From positions 1,856,001 through 1,920,000 of the forward strand of contig OZ244799.1 of assembly GCA_965219955.1 (NCBI GenBank): DNA of 64,000 nt, in the 5' to 3' direction. Source of the DNA: a bacterium (GTDB lineage Bacteria > UBA8248). Both the position numbers and the translations under genes were made by a program. The notes below the pieces were generated by a model. It was not told the DNA's origin. It worked only from the letters and a program-made list of their open reading frames with translations, and made no database searches. The first letter of the stretch is position 1. Each line of letters begins with the position of its first letter. This document shows positions 41,007 to 51,293 of this stretch, piece by piece.

Positions 41007-41190
41007 GTCCCATCTGACCCGAATTCCGGAGCGGACGCAAGGCCGGGCGCGGTATGCCGGCGGTCCTCACCCGACGTGATCCCCCTGGCAGAGGAAGAGC
41101 GAAGCGGGGAGCCGGGCAAAGGCCCGGCAGGGGAGAGGGAGACGGTCTCCAGCTCCCGCCGCCGGCGACAACCCGAGAGGAGGCTTGGCC

Positions 41191-41322
41191 ATGTACGAGA
41201 ACGACTTCGACATCGACGTTCCCACTACAGACGAACTGCTCGCAGAACTCGGACTCGACGCGTACACGATCCGCAAGATTCGCGACGAGGCGGGGGGCGA
41301 GGAAGAGTTCTGCAGCATCTAG
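41191..41322 (+). CDS. Module acidic microprotein D, copy 2
   Basis: MYENDFDIDVPTTDELLAELGLDAYTIRKIRDEAGGEEEFCSI; GAGGAGG RBS. Confidence 0.8.
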   Translation: MYENDFDIDVPTTDELLAELGLDAYTIRKIRDEAGGEEEFCSI

Positions 41323-41399
41323 GACGACCCGGGGGGTGGAGAGAAAAGCTCTCTCCCTCTCATCATTTTTTCACACTCACACCACGAAGGAGATTCATC

Positions 41400-41822
41400 A
41401 TGGCATTCGGACTCAACAGAGCGGAACTGATCGGGCGCCTCGGCGCCGACGCCGACATCAACCACCTCACGAGCGGCGGTCGCGTCGCCAACCTGTCCAT
41501 CGCGACGGATGAGGGCTACGTCGACAAGCAGTCCGGCGAGCGGGTGGACAAGACCGAGTGGCACCGGGTCGTGACCTTCCAGCCCGGCCTGGTCGATATG
41601 TTCGAAAAGCACGCGAAGAAGGGCCGCCTGGTCTACGTGGCCGGCAAGCTCCAGACCAGGCGCTGGAAGAAGGACGAGGAGGACTCCGATCGGTTCTCGA
41701 CCGAAATCCTCATCGCGCCGGGCGGGCGCATTCAGTTCCTCGACAAGGTGAACGGGAACGGAAACGGCGCGCACGCCGAGACGGCGACCGCCGGCGTAGT
41801 GGGCCAGGACATTCCATTCTGA
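41400..41822 (+). CDS. ssb: Single-stranded DNA-binding protein, copy 2
   Basis: SSB motifs as in copy 1; C-terminal QDIPF. Confidence 0.95.
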   Translation: MAFGLNRAELIGRLGADADINHLTSGGRVANLSIATDEGYVDKQSGERVDKTEWHRVVTFQPGLVDMFEKHAKKGRLVYVAGKLQTRRWKKDEEDSDRFSTEILIAPGGRIQFLDKVNGNGNGAHAETATAGVVGQDIPF

Positions 41823-41977
41823 TCACCCCGGGGGGTCGGCGCCACGCGCTGGCCCCCCTTCTTTTTTGTTCCGGGTCCCGAGGAAGTCCGCCGTGCCCCG
41901 AACACCCTCTCCCGCGGCCGCCGCCCACGCCTTTCCCGCCCTGCCGGCTCTCACATCTACCGGGAGCACCCGGTAAA

Positions 41978-42435
41978 TCTCCGGTTCCGCGAACGATGAA
42001 CCGTGTTCCCGGAAAATCGGCATGCACCTGCGATCACTGCATCCCCTCGACAGTGGCTCGATCTACCCCCCGCTGCGGGAATTTCGGGCCGGAAAAGACG
42101 GCCCGAAATGACCCTTCCCGCAGCATGAGAGAATGTTTCCCGATGAGCTTCGCCTTCATCGTGAAACACCAAAGGCTCTTGTGTCCCGGTGGCGGTACTA
42201 CCCTCTCTCTCTTAGCGCTCCCATTTTAGCACGCACGGCGCGGGGTCAAGGGTGCTTTTGCAAAATACGCAAAAGCATCTTTTTTCAGAAAAAATCGGTG
42301 AAGCGTGGATTTTTTCCGCTGCGCGCCCTCCGGGTGAAAAAAGACTGAAAACCGCCCCTGACGCCCACGCCTGGCACGTGCTGAAAATGGGGCGCTAAGA
42401 AGCGCATCCGTTAACTCTCTACGAAGGAGAAAGGC
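41978..42435 (+). promoter_or_regulatory. Structured non-coding element, copy 2
   Basis: Near-identical to 10903-11361, stems preserved. Confidence 0.55.
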
Positions 42436-42807
42436 ATGGAAACCACAGTAGTGAACCTGAACGACTACGTTGCGGATATCAGCAGTGGATTGCTGGTCAG
42501 GATCGACCGCAGGACGAAGTGGGGAAACCCCTTCCGGGTCGGCAAGGACGGCGAGCGCGCCGACGTCATCGAGAAATACCGGCGATGGCTGTGGGAAAGA
42601 ATCCAGCGCGAGGAGGTGGACCTCTACCAACTCGCCGACCTCCAGGGCTGCGAACTCGGCTGCCACTGCCATCCCCTCCCGTGTCACGGCGACGTACTCG
42701 CGCGCGCCGCCGATTGGGCCGCCGGGTATCTCGACGAGATGCCCAAAGAAGTGGGGCGCAACGAGCGTGGCTACGCTCTTCCCGAATTCAACCATCCCCT
42801 CGCTTGA
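42436..42807 (+). CDS. DUF4326-family protein, copy 2
   Basis: KWGNPF..LGCHCHPLPCHGDVL. Confidence 0.8.
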   Translation: METTVVNLNDYVADISSGLLVRIDRRTKWGNPFRVGKDGERADVIEKYRRWLWERIQREEVDLYQLADLQGCELGCHCHPLPCHGDVLARAADWAAGYLDEMPKEVGRNERGYALPEFNHPLA

Positions 42808-42828
42808 GGACAACGAAAGGAGTGAACG

Positions 42829-43764
42829 ATGACTACCACCGCAATTCACGAGTACGCAGAGCACGAAGCGCAGAACGAATGCTTTACCGCCATGGTCTGC
42901 GAACAGGCAGCACTCTTCGGCGCGACCCCCGGACCCGACGAGTTCGACAACCGGCCCGTGTGGGGCGAGGCGGAGTCCACCGCCGCCGTCCTCAAGGCTT
43001 TCCACCTGCTCGCCGAGGCTGCGCCCGACGGAACGCAACTCGCGGATGAGCGAAGAAACCTCCTGTGGGGCTTCGTCAACACCCTCGACGCCCAGACACA
43101 GCGCCTCGACCGCGCCGCCGACAAGCTCATCCCCGGCATCCGTGAACTCCAGCGCGAGCAGGACGGCTCCGAGATCAGATCGCGCGAGCTCGAACTCGCG
43201 ACCGACCAGGCGGAGAATCTCACCGCCCGCCGCGACGCCTTCGAAGGGCTCCGTGACGCCGCCTCAGAGGCCTACCGCGTCGAGACCGGCGAGGTATGGC
43301 GGCCCAGGAGAGGCTCGCACGTCTCGCAGACCGGCAAGCTGACCTCTGCGGTGATCGAGGCGCGCGACTTCCAGCGCGCGAAAAAGAACCGCGAGAACAC
43401 GGCGCACCTCCCGCAGGGAACCCTCGTCGCCGTCGCGGGCGGCAAGGAGGCGAGCGATGCGGGCAAAATCATCGCGCATCTCGACAAGGTCAAGGCCAAG
43501 TACGCCGATGTCGTCCTCGTCCACGGCGGCGGACCCGGCGCCGAGAAGGTCGCGGCAGGATGGGCCGAGCGGAACGGCGTCCACCAGATCGTCTGCAAGC
43601 CCGACTGGAACGCCCACGGCAGGGCCGCTCCCTTCAGGCGCAACGACGAGCTGCTCTCTCTTCTCCCCAAGGGCGTGATCGCGTTCCCCGGCTCGGGCAT
43701 CACCGACAACCTCGTCGACAAGGCGAAAACCCTCGGCATCCCCGTCCAAAAAATCGCCGCTTGA
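42829..43764 (+). CDS. DUF2493 (SLOG-like) protein, copy 2
   Basis: Paralog of 11758-12708. Confidence 0.8.
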   Translation: MTTTAIHEYAEHEAQNECFTAMVCEQAALFGATPGPDEFDNRPVWGEAESTAAVLKAFHLLAEAAPDGTQLADERRNLLWGFVNTLDAQTQRLDRAADKLIPGIRELQREQDGSEIRSRELELATDQAENLTARRDAFEGLRDAASEAYRVETGEVWRPRRGSHVSQTGKLTSAVIEARDFQRAKKNRENTAHLPQGTLVAVAGGKEASDAGKIIAHLDKVKAKYADVVLVHGGGPGAEKVAAGWAERNGVHQIVCKPDWNAHGRAAPFRRNDELLSLLPKGVIAFPGSGITDNLVDKAKTLGIPVQKIAA

Positions 43765-44259
43765 CGTGAACGAGCAACGGGTCGCGTCGACAGACGGCGC
43801 GGCCCGTTTTCTCATCGCTTGTGAATCCAGGCGCAAGCATCAGCCCCTCCGTACAAAACTCCCTCCACTCACGACCGACTGCTCCCTGACGAGGGGGTAA
43901 CGTGTGAACCTCTCCCCGTTGCGTCAAGGTAACGCGTGAAACCGCAAATCGTTCGCCGGCGTCTTGCGGTGCGCGGCGTGTGAAAAACTCATCCGCTCCC
44001 TTGCGCCGCGCGCCTGCTTTTGTTACCCCTGTTCACGGGAAGAGGACACGGTACGCGTCCCGAGGTCGCGCCCGGTCGTCTCGCTCAATCGCCGCGAAGG
44101 CTCCAATCCCTTGTGTCGTCGACATTTCAGGCCGATGACGCTTCGCCGATAAACGGTATCATCTGCCGCCCTTCGGCGCTTCGGATTTCACACCGGACGC
44201 AGCCTGCTGCGGGTGCAAACCAAGCGTGCGCCAGGCATGCAGTTCTTTTCTCAAACGAC

Positions 44260-44520
44260 GACAAAGACCGCCTCCTTCATAGCGGAAAAAGTAATACCAA
44301 ATTGGTGGCCTCGTATCCATTTGAAATTCCTGCACTTGAAAGATAGCGCATGTCATATGAAATGCGGCGTAACACGGGGTAACACGGGGATTTCCCTGGC
44401 GTATGCTATTGGCATACACGTCAGGGATGCGCGCGAATATGATCCTTCCCGGCGAGTGTCGCAAATGCGTCGCAAGACAAGGATGCGCAGGGCCATGATC
44501 GAGCGTCGCATTCTGACCCT
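44260..44520 (+). pseudogene. Possible degraded cysteine-synthase-like fragment
   Basis: Only the GNTGISLA motif and weak downstream resemblance. Confidence 0.3.
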
Positions 44521-44601
44521 GAAATCCGGTGCGAGGGCGTTGTTTCGGCTTCAAATAACGCAGGCGAGAGGCGAAAACGTCTCACATGAACCACCTTTCA
44601 G

Positions 44602-46015
44602 GGTCAAGTCCGAGAATTGCTGGAAACTTTCTTTTGGCGCATATCGGCTGAGGGCCTGCGGTTGAGTTCGTTTTCCTCCTCGTAGTTCTGGTCCAGTTCC
44701 CGTCTGAGGGCTTCCATCTGGCGTCGTTCGAAGCCGGTAATCTTGAGCGCGCGCCACCTTTCGGCGGCCCGGATCATGGCGCTGAACATGAGCTTGAGCA
44801 CCGGTTTCTCGCCGAAGGCATTCGGGATGATCTTGAGCCTTCGGCGCTCCTCGACGAACAAACGCTCCAGCTGGTTCGTGGTGCGCACGGCCCGGCGATG
44901 GTTGACCGGCGCACGCAGGTGCGCGATACAGGCTTCGAAGTCGTCGCGGAAGCAAGCCACGGCGCTGGGTAGTTTGGACTCGTAGTCCCTGGCGAGTCCC
45001 TCGGCCAACTCCCGGGCGATGGCGCGCGAGGGGGCCTGGTAGGCCGCCGCGGCCCGCTCCCTGAACTCCGGCCAGAGGTCCTCGGGCGCCTTCGCCGCGA
45101 GGTTCCGCATGCGGTGCGCCAGACAGCGCTGCCGCTCCGAGCGCGGGAAGCACGTCTCGATCGCCTTGATGATGCCGGGCGCTCCGTCACTCACTACAAC
45201 CAGCGGGTCGCCCAGACCCCGGGCGCGCATGTCCTAGAAGAACGCGCTCACCGTCTCGGCGTCTTCTTTCGAACCCGCCATCAGGTGCAGCAGCACCTTG
45301 GCACCGTTCGCCGTGATTCCCCAGGCCGCCAGCACCGGCTCGCGCTTGCTCCCCGGGCGGAGCCGCTCGGCGATCCCGTCGATGAACAGATAGACGACCT
45401 CGTACTCGCCCAAATCCCGCAAAGCGAACTCCTGATATTCTGACCACAACCGTTCGCCGAGCTCGGAGACCGCCGTGCGAGAGAGCAGCAGACGGCCGCT
45501 CTCGTCGCTGAAGACGTCCTCGATGTCCCGCACCGAGAGACCGCGCGCCAGAAGCTCCACCGCCAACTCCTCGAGCCCCTCGGTGCGCCCCTTGAGGTTG
45601 TCTCTAATCGCCGAGCGGAACGCCTCCTCGCGCCCGGCAATCTGAGGCGCCGCGAACTCGACGAACCCTTCCGCCGTCTTGAGACGACCAGCACGGTGGC
45701 CGTTGCGGTAGCCTTGGCCGGGCTTCGCTCCGTGCTCGTAGTATTCCCGGCCCAGAGCGTCGCGGCTCTCCGCCTCCAGCGCCTCTTCCACGATGAGCCG
45801 CGTGGCGAGCTTCACCAGGTCGGCCCGCGCATCGGGACTCGACAGACGGCCTTCGATCAAGTCGGACAGGGATTGGCGTGTGTGCATCGATGCCTGTATT
45901 CTCTTCTTCATGGGGTGCCTCCTCGGTTTGGTGCCGGCGCTTACCGGCACGGTTTTGTGTTGCCTCTGCCGAGGATGCACCCCTCTGATTTTTCCAGCAA
46001 GTTTAGGACTTTACC
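44602..46015 (-). mobile_element. Full-length IS256-family element with 25-bp IRs and 9-bp target duplication
   Basis: IRs GGTCAAGTCCGAGAATTGCTGGAAA and GGTAAAGTCCTAAACTTGCTGGAAA (21/25); DR ACCTTTCAG at 44593-44601 and 46016-46024. Confidence 0.95.
44604..45911 (-). pseudogene. IS256 transposase interrupted by an in-frame TAG at 45234-45236
   Basis: GYRNG, GLSVRD, YLFIDG, then FF*DMRARGL..VVSDG..QRCLAH..RTTNQLER in the same frame. Confidence 0.9.
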
Positions 46016-46048
46016 ACCTTTCAGAAGCCGAAAAGAGGGAAAAACGAC

Positions 46049-46345
46049 ATGGGTAAAACCATCAACAAGCACATTCGAGTCGATGAAAACCACTGGCGAC
46101 GAATCGAAAAAGCAGCCCACGAGCGAGGGATAATACCTGTCCGGTTGGTGATTTCGGACACACTTGAAGTGAGCGAGAGACGGGAATGGCCCCGCATCGA
46201 AGCGGAAATCCACCTGTAGCCTCTGCCATGTTCTCCGCTCAAGTCATCATCCGCGACATAGAGAGGGACAGGCGATAGGAAGAAATCGAGCAAATCAGCA
46301 ACGCTATCTCTCAAATCGCGCCGGAACTGCCTCGAAATTCAGGGG
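46049..46345 (+). pseudogene. Disrupted small ribbon-helix-helix-like protein
   Basis: MGKTINKHIRVDENHWRRIEKAAHERG; stop and frameshift after EAEIHL; GAGGG RBS. Confidence 0.45.
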
Positions 46346-46539
46346 AATCGAGCGGAGTTTTCACCGCGGTAAGGTTGTGGTCTCTCGGCAAATTGCTTTA
46401 CCGGAACACAAAAAGTGAACCGGCTAAGACTATCGTGGAGAGAAGCGAGAAGGCGGGCGCTCCGCAAGCCTCTGGCTTGGGGCCCCGGTCCATGTCGTAG
46501 TACCGCATGCCTGCCGAGAAGCCCCACGCCAGGCGGGGA

Positions 46540-46760
46540 CTTCCGGTATGAGTTGGTCTGACAACAGACATCCCAAGGAGCGATAATCCGGTGGAACAAT
46601 CAAATAGAACTCTTGTGGTTTGGCAATCACGTTCCGCCCGGTCAACCTGCTCAAGGTGAGTTTAGCAGCGTCCGCGGACACGCCAGGCGCCTTGCGGGCA
46701 CCACTCGAAGCGAAGTGACAGCAATCGGCAGCGGCAAGACCATCGGTATAATCTTTGACG
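46540..46760 (-). pseudogene. N-terminal remnant of a second AbiEi-type antitoxin
   Basis: KDYTDGLAA..HFASS.ARKA.GVSADAAKLTLSRL..FYLIVPPDYRSLGCL. Confidence 0.6.
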
Positions 46761-46843
46761 TCAAGCGGCTCGACAAATCGAGCATTATCGTCTGTGTCGT
46801 CTGGAGAGCCGCCCAAGGAGAAGCCATACGCTCCGTGGTGGAT

Positions 46844-47263
46844 ATGGTTCTCGCCGGGAAGGACGTGCAAGAGCGCGGTACCCCTGCTCAAGCGAAGGAA
46901 ATGGCGGCTCAGGCGCTCGCTTTGTTCGACAGGGAAGGAGCGAAGGCGGGCTTTGCCCGCTTCAACGAGCGGCCTGCCCCTGATTTCAAGCACCTGGACC
47001 TCTACATTTTCGTGGCGAGGGCCAGGGATGCGGTCATCCTCGCACACGGTGCGGACCGCTCGCTCCTCGGCATCGACGCCGCCACGCTTGTTGACCCGAA
47101 GGGTCTCAACATCGGGCGCGCCATTCTCGCGAGGGCGACGGAAAACGGTGCATGGGTGGATTACGGGTGGAAAGACCCAGTCTCCGGCAAGGTGCTGCCA
47201 AAGTCCTCATGGGTGGTGCGCCACAAGGACTACATCCTCGGGTGCGGTGTCCACAAAACCTGA
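46844..47263 (+). CDS. Single Cache-domain protein, probably 5'-truncated
   Basis: GTPAQAKEMA, DLYIFV, LAHG, DPKG, GAWVDYGWKDP..KSSWV; no signal peptide seen. Confidence 0.7.
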   Translation: MVLAGKDVQERGTPAQAKEMAAQALALFDREGAKAGFARFNERPAPDFKHLDLYIFVARARDAVILAHGADRSLLGIDAATLVDPKGLNIGRAILARATENGAWVDYGWKDPVSGKVLPKSSWVVRHKDYILGCGVHKT

Positions 47264-47799
47264 ATCAATTCCTGCGTCTATTGCGAGGAGGACGCCGCAA
47301 CGACTTTTACGCTATGGATGCTTCTCAGGGCCGCATGAATGCGAGCCCTGAGGCGAGTATGGCTTTCCCGTCTTTCCCGCTGACCCCCACTTATCCGCTC
47401 TATACCTCTACGTTCACCTCCTCGGCAAGGCGCTTCGGGTAGTGCGTCTGCTGTGGGGGATACGCCTGAATACATCCTTATTCATCATTACCTCTCTCCA
47501 CCGAACGCATATATTCATTGTGCCTGCCCGCATGAGCGGGAAGCATCTGTAGAATCAAACGATCTCAAATAAAGTGAACCGTTTTCAGTCGTTTTTGCCT
47601 TGTGTCTCTAGTGAAATTCATCCGCAGGACCCGGCCGGTTCCGGGTACATCAAGCCATATCCAAGAGCCATAGTTTCTGGAAAAAAGTTGAGACAGCACC
47701 TTCGACGTGTTATTTTTCGGTTCGGCACAAAGCATATGCTGGAGGACCTATCTCTATTTTCTTTACGCCCGTGAGGGCCCACGAGGAAGGAGAATTGCG

Positions 47800-48825
47800 A
47801 TGAAAAAGCACCTGTTCACCGTACTTTGCGCGTTTGCCGCCGTAGTGGTAATCGCAAGCGCCGCGTTCGCCGCCAGCCCGACGCTGGAGACGGTCAAGAA
47901 GCGCGGCAACCTCATTTGCGGCGTCAACACCGGCCTCACGGGCTTCTCGGCCCCAGACGACAAGGGCGTCTGGAGAGGGTTCGACGTCGATTACTGCCGC
48001 GGCATCAGCGCCGCGATTTTCGGGGACCCCGACAAGGTGACCTACAAGCCGCTGACCGGCAAGACGCGCTTCCCGGCGCTCCAGTCCGGTGAGATCGACG
48101 TCCTCTCGCGCAACACGACCTGGACCTTCAAGCGCGACGTGAACCTGGGCTTCGAGTTCGTGGGCGTGCTGTACTACGACGGGCAGGGCTTCATCGCCCG
48201 CAAGTCCCTGAACGTCAAGAGCGCCAAGGAACTCGGCGGCGCTTCGATCTGCATCCAGACGGGCACGACGACCGAACTCAACCTGGCCGACTTCTTCCGC
48301 AGCAACAACATGAAGTTCAAATCGGTCGTCGTCGAGGACGCGGCCGAGGCGCGCCAGAACTACGCCGCCAACCGCTGCGACGCCTACACGACGGACCGCT
48401 CCGGCCTCGCCGCCCAGCGCTCCGTGCTCAAGAACCCGGCCGACCACGTGATTCTGCCTGAAATCATCTCCAAGGAGCCCCTCGGCCCCGTCGTTCGCCA
48501 CGGCGACAACGTGTGGGGCGACATCGCCCGCTGGGTGCGCAACGCGCTCATCGTGGCCGAGGAACTCGGCATCACTTCCAAGAACGTCGACGCCATGAAG
48601 AAATCGAGCAACCCCGAGATCAAGCGCATGCTCGGCCAGGAGGGCGACTTCGGCAGCATGCTCGGCCTCCCGAAGGACTGGGCCTACAACGTCATCAAGG
48701 GCGTGGGCAACTACTCGGAGATCTACGAGCGCCACATCGGCCCCAAGACGGCCATCGGCCTCGCGCGCGGCTACAACCAGCTCTGGACGAAGGGCGGCAT
48801 TCTCTACTCGCCTCCGTTCCGCTAG
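47800..48825 (+). CDS. aapJ: General L-amino acid ABC transporter substrate-binding protein
   Basis: LICGVN, GFDVDYCR, RFPALQSGEIDVLSRNTTWT, ISKEPLGP, GNYSEIYER, YSPPFR. Confidence 0.92.
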   Translation: MKKHLFTVLCAFAAVVVIASAAFAASPTLETVKKRGNLICGVNTGLTGFSAPDDKGVWRGFDVDYCRGISAAIFGDPDKVTYKPLTGKTRFPALQSGEIDVLSRNTTWTFKRDVNLGFEFVGVLYYDGQGFIARKSLNVKSAKELGGASICIQTGTTTELNLADFFRSNNMKFKSVVVEDAAEARQNYAANRCDAYTTDRSGLAAQRSVLKNPADHVILPEIISKEPLGPVVRHGDNVWGDIARWVRNALIVAEELGITSKNVDAMKKSSNPEIKRMLGQEGDFGSMLGLPKDWAYNVIKGVGNYSEIYERHIGPKTAIGLARGYNQLWTKGGILYSPPFR

Positions 48826-48848
48826 GCTGACTCGAGCAATGACGTGAA

Positions 48849-48890
48849 CCCGCTCCGGCTCCGGGGGTTTCCCCGGGGCCGGGCGGCGCG
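48849..48890 (+). terminator. GC-rich intergenic hairpin after aapJ (partial terminator or mRNA stabiliser)
   Basis: CCGCTCCGGCTCCGGGG-GTTT-CCCCGGGGCCGGGCGG. Confidence 0.55.
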
Positions 48891-48941
48891 TTCTCGAAGC
48901 GAAGTTACCGCGCAGGCGATGTCGCACCCCGGGGGCTCGAT

Positions 48942-50141
48942 ATGGCGGTAGACTCTCAAGCAAGCGGCGGACGGCAAAGCGCCGCCCGTTGGTGGTACGA
49001 CCCGAAATTCCGGTCGATCGCGTTCCAGGTCGCTTTTGTGCTGGCGCTCGTCGGCCTGGGCGTCTACCTCGTCCACAACACGCTCATCAACCTCGAAAAA
49101 CGCAACATCAAGACGGGATTCGATTTCCTCTTCAACCCGGCGGGCTTCGAGATTCCGCTCACGCTCATTCCCTACTCCGTCGAGGCGGGCTCGACCCACG
49201 GCGCCGTCTTCATCGTCGGACTGCTCAACACGTTCCTCATCTCGGCTCTTGGGATCGTGCTGGCGACGATTCTCGGCTTCATTCTCGGCGTGCTCAGGCT
49301 CTCGAACAACTGGCTGGTCTCGCGCCTGGTGGGGTTCTACATCGAGTCGGTGCGCAACGTGCCGCTGCTGCTGCAGTTCCTGTTCTGGCACTTCGCCGTC
49401 TTTCAATCGCTCCCCCTGGTCCGCCAGGCGATACCGATTTTCGATACGGTTTACATCCACAACCGCGGCCTCACGATTCCCAGGCCCATCCCGCAGCCGG
49501 GCTTCCTGGTGGTCGTGATATCGGTTTTCGTCGCTGTCGCGGCGATCGTCTGGCTCAAGAAATGGGCGCGCAGGCGCCAGGACGCGACCGGGGAGCAGTT
49601 CCCCGTCTTCTGGACGTCGCTGGGCATCTTCATCGGCGCGCCGCTGCTCGCCTCGGCCGCGGCCGGCTTTCCGCTCACCTGGGAATACGCGGAACTCGGC
49701 CGGTTCCGCTTCACGGGCGGCCTGGGAATCCAGATAGAGCTCTTCTCCGCCCTGGCCGCGCTCACGGTCTACACCTCATCGTTCATCGCCGAGATCGTGC
49801 GCGCGGGCATCCTCGCCGTCTCGAAGGGTCAGCAGGAGGCCTCCTATTCCCTGGGGGTGCGGCCGGCGCCGACGTTGAGGCTCGTCATCATCCCGCAGGC
49901 GCTCCGGGTCATCGTGCCGCCGCTGGTGAGCCAGTACCTGAACCTGACGAAAAACTCCTCGCTCGGCATCGCCATCGGCTACCCCGATCTGTTCAACGTC
50001 TTCGGCGGCATCTCGCTGAACCAGAGCGGCCAGGCCATCGAGATCGTCGCCATGTGCATGGTGGTGTATCTCACCTTCAGCCTGCTGATATCGCTCTACA
50101 TGAACTGGTACAACAGGCGCATATCGCTGGTGGAGAGGTGA
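48942..50141 (+). CDS. aapQ: General L-amino acid ABC transporter permease
   Basis: GFDFL..AGF, GLLNT, RNVPLLLQ, FIAEIVRAGI..KGQQEA, KNSSL. Confidence 0.92.
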   Translation: MAVDSQASGGRQSAARWWYDPKFRSIAFQVAFVLALVGLGVYLVHNTLINLEKRNIKTGFDFLFNPAGFEIPLTLIPYSVEAGSTHGAVFIVGLLNTFLISALGIVLATILGFILGVLRLSNNWLVSRLVGFYIESVRNVPLLLQFLFWHFAVFQSLPLVRQAIPIFDTVYIHNRGLTIPRPIPQPGFLVVVISVFVAVAAIVWLKKWARRRQDATGEQFPVFWTSLGIFIGAPLLASAAAGFPLTWEYAELGRFRFTGGLGIQIELFSALAALTVYTSSFIAEIVRAGILAVSKGQQEASYSLGVRPAPTLRLVIIPQALRVIVPPLVSQYLNLTKNSSLGIAIGYPDLFNVFGGISLNQSGQAIEIVAMCMVVYLTFSLLISLYMNWYNRRISLVER

Positions 50142-50145
50142 TGCC

Positions 50146-51276
50146 ATGAGCGATACCGCAAGCAATCCGGACAGGAGCTTCTTCCGCACGGAGAATGTCC
50201 CGCAGTCTCCGCCGCCCGTCTCGACGGTGGGCGTCCTGGGCTGGATGCGGCAGAACCTCTTCTCCTCGCCGTTCAACACGGCGCTCACGCTGCTGACGCT
50301 CTATCTCCTCTATACCATCGTGCCGCCGCTGTTCCAGTGGGCCTTCATCGACTCGCTCTGGATCGGGGAGTCGAACAAGGATTGCCGGGGCATCGAGGGC
50401 GCCTGCTGGGTCCTGGTGCCGAAACGCTTCGGGCAGTACGTCTACGGCTTCTATCCCGAGCCGGAGCGCTGGCGGGTGAACCTGACCTTCATCCTGTTCT
50501 GCCTGAACCTCTTGCCGGTGCTCTCCGACAGGGTGCCGGGCCGCACCTTCGCGGCGCTCTTCCTCGTCTTCGGTTTTCCCGTCATCGCCTTCATCCTGCT
50601 CCACGGCGCTTTCGGCCTGGAGAGCGTGCCGACGAACAAGTGGGGCGGCCTGACGCTCACGCTGGTGTTCGCCTCGGTCGCCATCCTGTTCTCCCTGCCG
50701 ATAGGCATTCTGCTGGCGCTCGGGCGGCGCTCCGAGATGCCCGTCATCCGCACGATCTGCGTCGCCTTCATCGAGTTGTGGCGCGCCGTGCCGCTCATCA
50801 CCGTGCTCTTCATGGCGTCTTTCGTGCTGCCGCTCTTCACACCGGAGGGGGTGAACGCGAACGAACTTCTGCGCGCGCTCATCGGCTTCACCATGTTCTC
50901 ATCCGCCTATATGGCCGAGGTCGTGCGCGGCGGTCTGCAGGCGCTGCCCAAGGGCCAGACCGAGGCGGCCCAGGCGCTGGGACTCAACTACTGGAAGTCG
51001 ATGCAGTTGATCATCCTGCCCCAGGCGCTCAAAATCGTGATCCCGGGCATCGTCAACACCTTTATCGCCCTGTTCAAGGATACGGCGCTGGTATCGATCA
51101 TCGGGCTGTTCGACTTGTTGCTCGTGGCACGCTCGGCGGTGACGGACCCCAAATGGCTGGGCCTGGAGCATGAGTCCTACATCTTCGCGGCCGTCATCTA
51201 TTTCGTCTTCTGTTTCAGCATGTCGCGCTACAGCCTGTGGTTAGAGCGCAAGCTCGACACGGGCCACGGAACCTGA
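50146..51276 (+). CDS. aapM: General L-amino acid ABC transporter permease
   Basis: [36 protein letters not shown]. Confidence 0.92.
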   Translation: MSDTASNPDRSFFRTENVPQSPPPVSTVGVLGWMRQNLFSSPFNTALTLLTLYLLYTIVPPLFQWAFIDSLWIGESNKDCRGIEGACWVLVPKRFGQYVYGFYPEPERWRVNLTFILFCLNLLPVLSDRVPGRTFAALFLVFGFPVIAFILLHGAFGLESVPTNKWGGLTLTLVFASVAILFSLPIGILLALGRRSEMPVIRTICVAFIELWRAVPLITVLFMASFVLPLFTPEGVNANELLRALIGFTMFSSAYMAEVVRGGLQALPKGQTEAAQALGLNYWKSMQLIILPQALKIVIPGIVNTFIALFKDTALVSIIGLFDLLLVARSAVTDPKWLGLEHESYIFAAVIYFVFCFSMSRYSLWLERKLDTGHGT

Positions 51277-51293
51277 GGAGGGAGAACGCACGC

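Larger units (their letters stand above)
39215..44226 (+). mobile_element. Leading-region-like module, intact copy 2
   Basis: Collinear with 8130-12945; diverged by scattered substitutions and small indels. Confidence 0.75.

Noticed and set aside
8130-44226. Module duplication as a pure assembly artefact
   Set aside because: Copies differ by many substitutions and indels while keeping ORFs, and have different flanks.
47710-48963. Long antisense and alternate-frame ORFs over aapJQMP, recQ, the symporter, P450 and helicases
   Set aside because: Shadow ORFs typical of high-GC codon bias; no motifs.
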